This document shows positions 59,019 through 64,000 of a DNA stretch of 64,000 nt, piece after piece. Each line of letters starts with the position of its first letter. The stretch's first letter is position 1. The notes beneath the pieces are model-generated. The model did not search any database. It had not been told where the DNA came from and was given only the letters and a program-made list of their open reading frames with translations. This DNA comes from Sporopachydermia quercuum (lineage: Eukaryota). Both the position numbers and the translations under genes were made by a program. The stretch covers positions 2,108,001 to 2,172,000 of the forward strand of contig BCGN01000002.1 of assembly GCA_001599295.1 (NCBI GenBank), read 5' to 3'.

Positions 59019-62000
59019 GAGTAGTCATAATGGCAGCATTGGAAAAGGACACAATGATAGTATAATATAACCAACTTTCTTTGAAATGATACTGGTCTCC
59101 AGATAAAGAATCTGATTATTTTACTAACTCGCTGATAGATATAACTTCAATCACTGATAGTAAAGAAGACAGATTAGAGAGTTCTTCAGTTTCNNNNGAA
59201 ACTGAAGAGTTTCCAGACAATGATCTAACATCAACATCGGGTACGGTGAATGATCAATTGACCATACTAGGTGTAACTAAGAATATAAAACAAACCTGTT
59301 CAGCGAATGACGCAGGGTTCATCACTCCAAGGCTGAAAACTGGAGCATTGAAAACGCTCCAAAAGGTTTCGAAGCCTCTTTCTGGCAGTCAATTTACTAC
59401 CTTGTCTGGAAGACTGCGAACTCGCAACTTTTTAGCCGGCGAAGCGTACTCAATTTATGATTTATATCCTAACTGGAACCATTTTTCTTCTAAACCGCCC
59501 CCCGTTGGACAAGCACAGATTTGGGAAGTGTTCGAGAAACTAAGAGACATATTCTGTTTCCAGCAGGATAATGTAAAAAATCAGTTTGATCATTTGATGA
59601 GATTGCTAGATTCAAGATCTTCCAGAATGACTTGTGAACAGGCATTATTTAGTTTGCATTCTGACTACATTGGTGGACACAACTCTAACTTTAAGAAATG
59701 GTATTTTGCTTCAAGGCTACATGAACTGGAACCTATTTATTTTGCAACGAATGTAAAAGTACAAGTATTACACGAAAATGATGCCAAAGACTCGAAAGTG
59801 TACTTTGAAAAGCTTGAAACAGAATGGAGATCAAAGCTAAATTCTTTGTCTACTGTTGACTTTATACATCATATTGCTTTGTATCTACTTTGTTGGGGAG
59901 AAGCAAATACTGTACGATTCATGCCTGAATGTCTCTGTTTTATCCTTAAATGTGGTTTGGATTTTTACTATCATGAGTTGAACTACAGTGACACTTTTCT
60001 AACAGAAAAATCAACATCTAGTTTCCTCGATGATGTTATAACACCAATCTACAAATTCCAGCGTGATCAAATCTATCACTATGAAGGCGACAATTTGTAT
60101 CGTAAGAAAGTCGATCACAAACATGTGATAGGGTATGATGATATCAACCAAACATTTTGGTCTAAAGAGAGCTTGAATATGATATATTTAGGTGATAACA
60201 CTAGATTACTAGAGTACCCATTTTCAAAACGATATACTCAGTTGAAGAATATTGATTGGTCTTGTTCTTGCAAGAAGACTTATTATGAAACCAGAACATG
60301 GATGCATTCACTTGTCAATTTTAATCGTGTTTGGATCATTCATTTATGTACCTTTTGGTTGTTTGTTTCCTCAAACTGGCCGACGTTGTTTGTTGTCAAT
60401 TATCAATCAAACTTGAATAGCAAACCTGGAGCTCAAGCTGTCATTTCAAACGTTGCACTTTCTGGTCCCTTGGCTATTTTTATCAATTTGGTGGCTTTAA
60501 TATCGGAAAGGATGTATATTTCAGGGTCGTGCTTTGATAGTCCTAAGTTCATACTTCGATTAGCTACTCTGGTAGGATTGCTTCTTATAGGTGTGATGCC
60601 TTCAGTTTATGTATTTCACTTTTTACCATTGGACACAAACAATACTGTTGGGATTATTATATCATCTTTGCAGTTGGTGTTTTCTATTCTTAATATGATC
60701 TACATGTCGATTGTCCCTTTGGACAGTCTATTCACCACTTTTAGAAAGAAGAGCGAAGATAAATACATTGCAAACAAAATATTCACAGCTGCTTTTCCTA
60801 CTATATCTGGGTCAGGAAGGTTAGTTTCAATGGGTTTATGGCTTGCAGTTTTCACATCAAAATGTTTAGAATCCTATTTCTTTATGATCCTTTCGTTGAA
60901 AGATCCGATTAGAGAGTTACAAGTCATGAACATTAAAAGATGTGCTGGTGATAAACTTCTTGGCAATTTTTTATGTTTGGCTGAACCAAAGATTTTATTG
61001 GTGATTATATTATTAACTGATCTCACCTTGTTTTTCCTTGATACTTATCTATGGTATGTGTTATGGAATGCAATAATCTCCTTGTTTCGGTCATTTTATC
61101 TTGGAATATCTATCTGGACCCCTTGGAGAAATGTGTTTATTGGATTACCCAAACGAATGTTCTCCAAACTGCTGTGCCATGATGATCATGAAAATTCTAA
61201 TAGACCTGAGATCTCTGTCTCTAGATTGTGGAATACAATCATAATAACACTTTACCAAGAACATTTTATATCTGGCGACAAGCTTGATAAATGGTTGTAT
61301 AAACCTGTGTTGACTTCGGATCATGAAGAAGAATTAAAAGAACCTACCGTCTTTGTGTCGTTGGAAGATGAGTCATCTAAGTTCAGTTTGTTTGACTACA
61401 AGTCAGAATCAGAGAGAAGAATTTCTTTCTTTGCACAATCTTTATCTACCAGTATTCCTGAATCCTATCCTTTAAAAAAAATTCCAGCATTCACCGTTCT
61501 CATCTCGCATTACAATGAAAAAATTATGTTAACACTAAAAGAAATTATTAGAGAAAATGAGTTTTCGAAAACGATTCTACTTACTTATTTGAAAAATCTG
61601 CATCCAACAGAGTGGTCGAATTTTGTTCATGACACCAAACTTTTAGTTCAAGAGCAATACGAAACAAATGAAAAGAACTGTTATAACGATGAGGATTCTG
61701 AAGATGAGGGCAATGAAAGTGAAATGAATGGGAAAGCGTCTGATCTTCCGTTCTACTGTATTGGATTTAAATCGGCCAGTCCTGAATATATTCTTCGGAC
61801 AAGAATTTGGGCGTCTTTGAGAACGCAAACCTTATTCAGGACAATATCAGGATTTATGAATTATTCTAAGGCGTTGAGATGTTTATATGAAATTGAGACA
61901 TTAGAACCCCAAAGTTTGAAAAGATACCAAGCTCAGAATAATGAAAGAGCTATTGAGTTTGCTAGAAGAAAAGTCAGAATCTTAGTGTCAATGCAACGGT

Positions 62001-64000
62001 TATGTCATTTCAGCGAAGAGGAATATTCTGAAGTAGAAGGACTATTAAGAAATTATCCTGATTTGCAAATTGCATATATTGATGAAGAGATATCAGAATC
62101 CGGTGAAAAGAAATATTACTCAGCTTTGATCGATGGTTACTGTGGTTTTGCAGGAAACAATAGAAGGAAGCCTTCTTTAAGAATAAGATTATCTGGTAAT
62201 CCTATACTGGGAGATGGAAAAAGTGATAATCAGAATCATGCAATAATATTCTATAGAGGTGAGTATATTCAACTCATTGACTCTAATCAAGATCACTATT
62301 TTGAAGAATGCCTTAAGATAAGAAATGTATTAGCTGAGTTTGAAGAAATGAACCCGTCACTTGTTTCTTTTTATCGAGATGACGACCATATATCATCAAT
62401 GAATAATGATCCAGTTGCAATTGTTGGAACAAGAGAGTATATATTTTCTGAACAAATTGGTGTACTTGGTGATGTTGCTGCAGGAAAAGAACAAACATTT
62501 GGTACGCTATTTGCTCGTACATTAGGTCATATAGGAGCAAAGCTTCATTATGGACATCCGGATTTTCTACATGGAGTTTTCGTGACCACTCGTGGAGGAG
62601 TTTCTAAAGCTCAAAGAGGGCTACATTTGAATGAGGATATATATGCTGGGATGAATGTTTTCATGAGAGGAGGTAGAATTAAGCATTGTGAGTATATGCA
62701 ATGCGGTAAAGGTCGTGATATGGGGTTTGGCTCTATTTTGAACTTCACTACCAAAATTGGTGCTGGTATGGGAGAACAGACGTTATCGAGAGAATACTAT
62801 TACTTAGGCAGTCAGTTACCTATTGATAGGTTTCTTTCATTTTACTACGCCCACCCAGGATTCCATTTCAACAATGTCTTTATATTCTTTTCATTTGAGT
62901 TACTACTACTTGTGGTGATCAACATGGTTTCACTAGTTCATGAGTCTATCATATGTGAGTTTGATAAACATAAGCCGGCATTGGAAATTCATAAGCCTGC
63001 TGGTTGCTACAATCTGATTCCGGTGATTGAATGGTTAAAAAGATGTATTTTATCCATCTTCCTTGTTTTTATGATATCATTTGTGCCATTAACTATTCAA
63101 GAGTTGATGGAACGAGGTTTATGGAGAGCATTCACGCGTTTAGGCAAGCATTTCATCTCACTATCTCCTTTGTTCGAAGTTTTTTCCTGTCGTATTTATG
63201 GTAAATCCCTTTTAGATGATATAACCATGGGTGGCGCCAGATATATTGCAACAGGGAGAGGATTCGCAACATCAAGAATTCAATTTACAACACTTTTTAC
63301 TAGATTTGCTCACGAGAGTTTGTATTTGGGATTCAAACTGTTTTTATTGTTACTTTTTGTTAGTATCATGATGTGGCAGTATACGTTCCTTTGGCTTTGG
63401 TTCACGGTTATCTCACTGATTTTATCACCATTTATTTTCAACCCAAATCAATTTGTATTGTTCGAGTTTGTTCTTGATTACAAGCAATTAATCCATTGGT
63501 TTATTATTGGAAACTCGTCATCGAATACGAACAACTTGTCCTGGATTGGATTTATTAAACGATCAAGGATTAGAATTACGGGAATAAAAGAAGAAAAAGA
63601 TGTTGGGAAATCATTCTCAGATAATAGCAACAAAGATGTATTTGTTCCAAGTCTGATGAACCTACTATTCACTAATATACTCGTGCATTTGTTTGTGACT
63701 ATGTGCGTTCTCACAGCCTATTTTTTAGTTAATGCTCAAAATGATACTAAAACAAGTAAAGTTTCTAATGCCTCTGCTCGTCTAATTGTCTGTACCTTTG
63801 GTCCAATCTTAACGAATGCAGTTTTCTTGATTATCCAAGAAAGTATTGTTTGCTTATTTGGACCACTGTTGGTTTATTGGATCAAATCATTACCATCGGT
63901 AATAGCTGCAATATCTCATGTATTCTCGATTTTAAATTACGTTGTGTGGATTGAACTGTTGTGGTTTCTTCAAGGCTGGATATTCTCTCAAACACTGATT
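58798..64000 (+). CDS. 1,3-beta-glucan synthase, FKS family (divergent, FKS3-like); 3' end beyond the window, 5' structure unresolved
   Basis: The frame opens at 59090 and appears to run to the window end (the ORF track reports no stop in it). It contains FQQDNVKNQFDHLMRLLDSRSSRM, WGEANTVRFMPEC, ERRISFFAQSL, RIWASLRTQTL, GDGKSDNQNH, KLHYGHPD and LHLNEDIYAG. The upstream ATG ORF 58798..59070 is in a different frame. Confidence 0.9.
58957..59016 (+). repeat. (GAT)20 microsatellite (poly-Asp if translated)
   Basis: Twenty perfect GAT units, preceded by (GACGAA)3. Confidence 0.95.

Noticed and set aside
58868..59074. Poly-His ORF on the minus strand
   Set aside because: It is the antisense reading of the (GAT)20 microsatellite.

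Overview
AT-rich (roughly one-third GC) nuclear DNA from an intron-rich budding yeast (Saccharomycotina-like). It uses the standard genetic code: CTG falls at conserved Leu positions. I find 19 protein-coding genes. Six needed manual splicing, giving 15 introns in total: HOF1-like F-BAR (partial), PTI1/RNA15-like, an amidase, alpha-tubulin (5 introns, one 9-nt micro-exon), an orphan membrane-anchored protein and MHO1/MEMO1. The others are SFP1, a HOR7/DDR2-type small cell-wall protein, a DUF985 cupin, IMP2, a peroxisomal acyl-CoA ligase, an RPO41-like T7-type RNA polymerase, LPX1, SSL2, an orphan Ser-rich protein, SKG3/CAF120, RNR2, RSA1 and an FKS-family glucan synthase that runs off the right end. 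The most striking item is the RPO41-like polymerase. Its catalytic motifs A, B and C and the fungal YFFS end are intact, but several normally near-invariant blocks (the region flanking DFRGR, the intercalating hairpin and the specificity loop) are heavily substituted. This suggests a second, possibly neofunctionalised mitochondrial RNAP. I found no tRNA, rRNA, CRISPR array or recognisable mobile element. Homology calls come from remembered family motifs, not from database searches.
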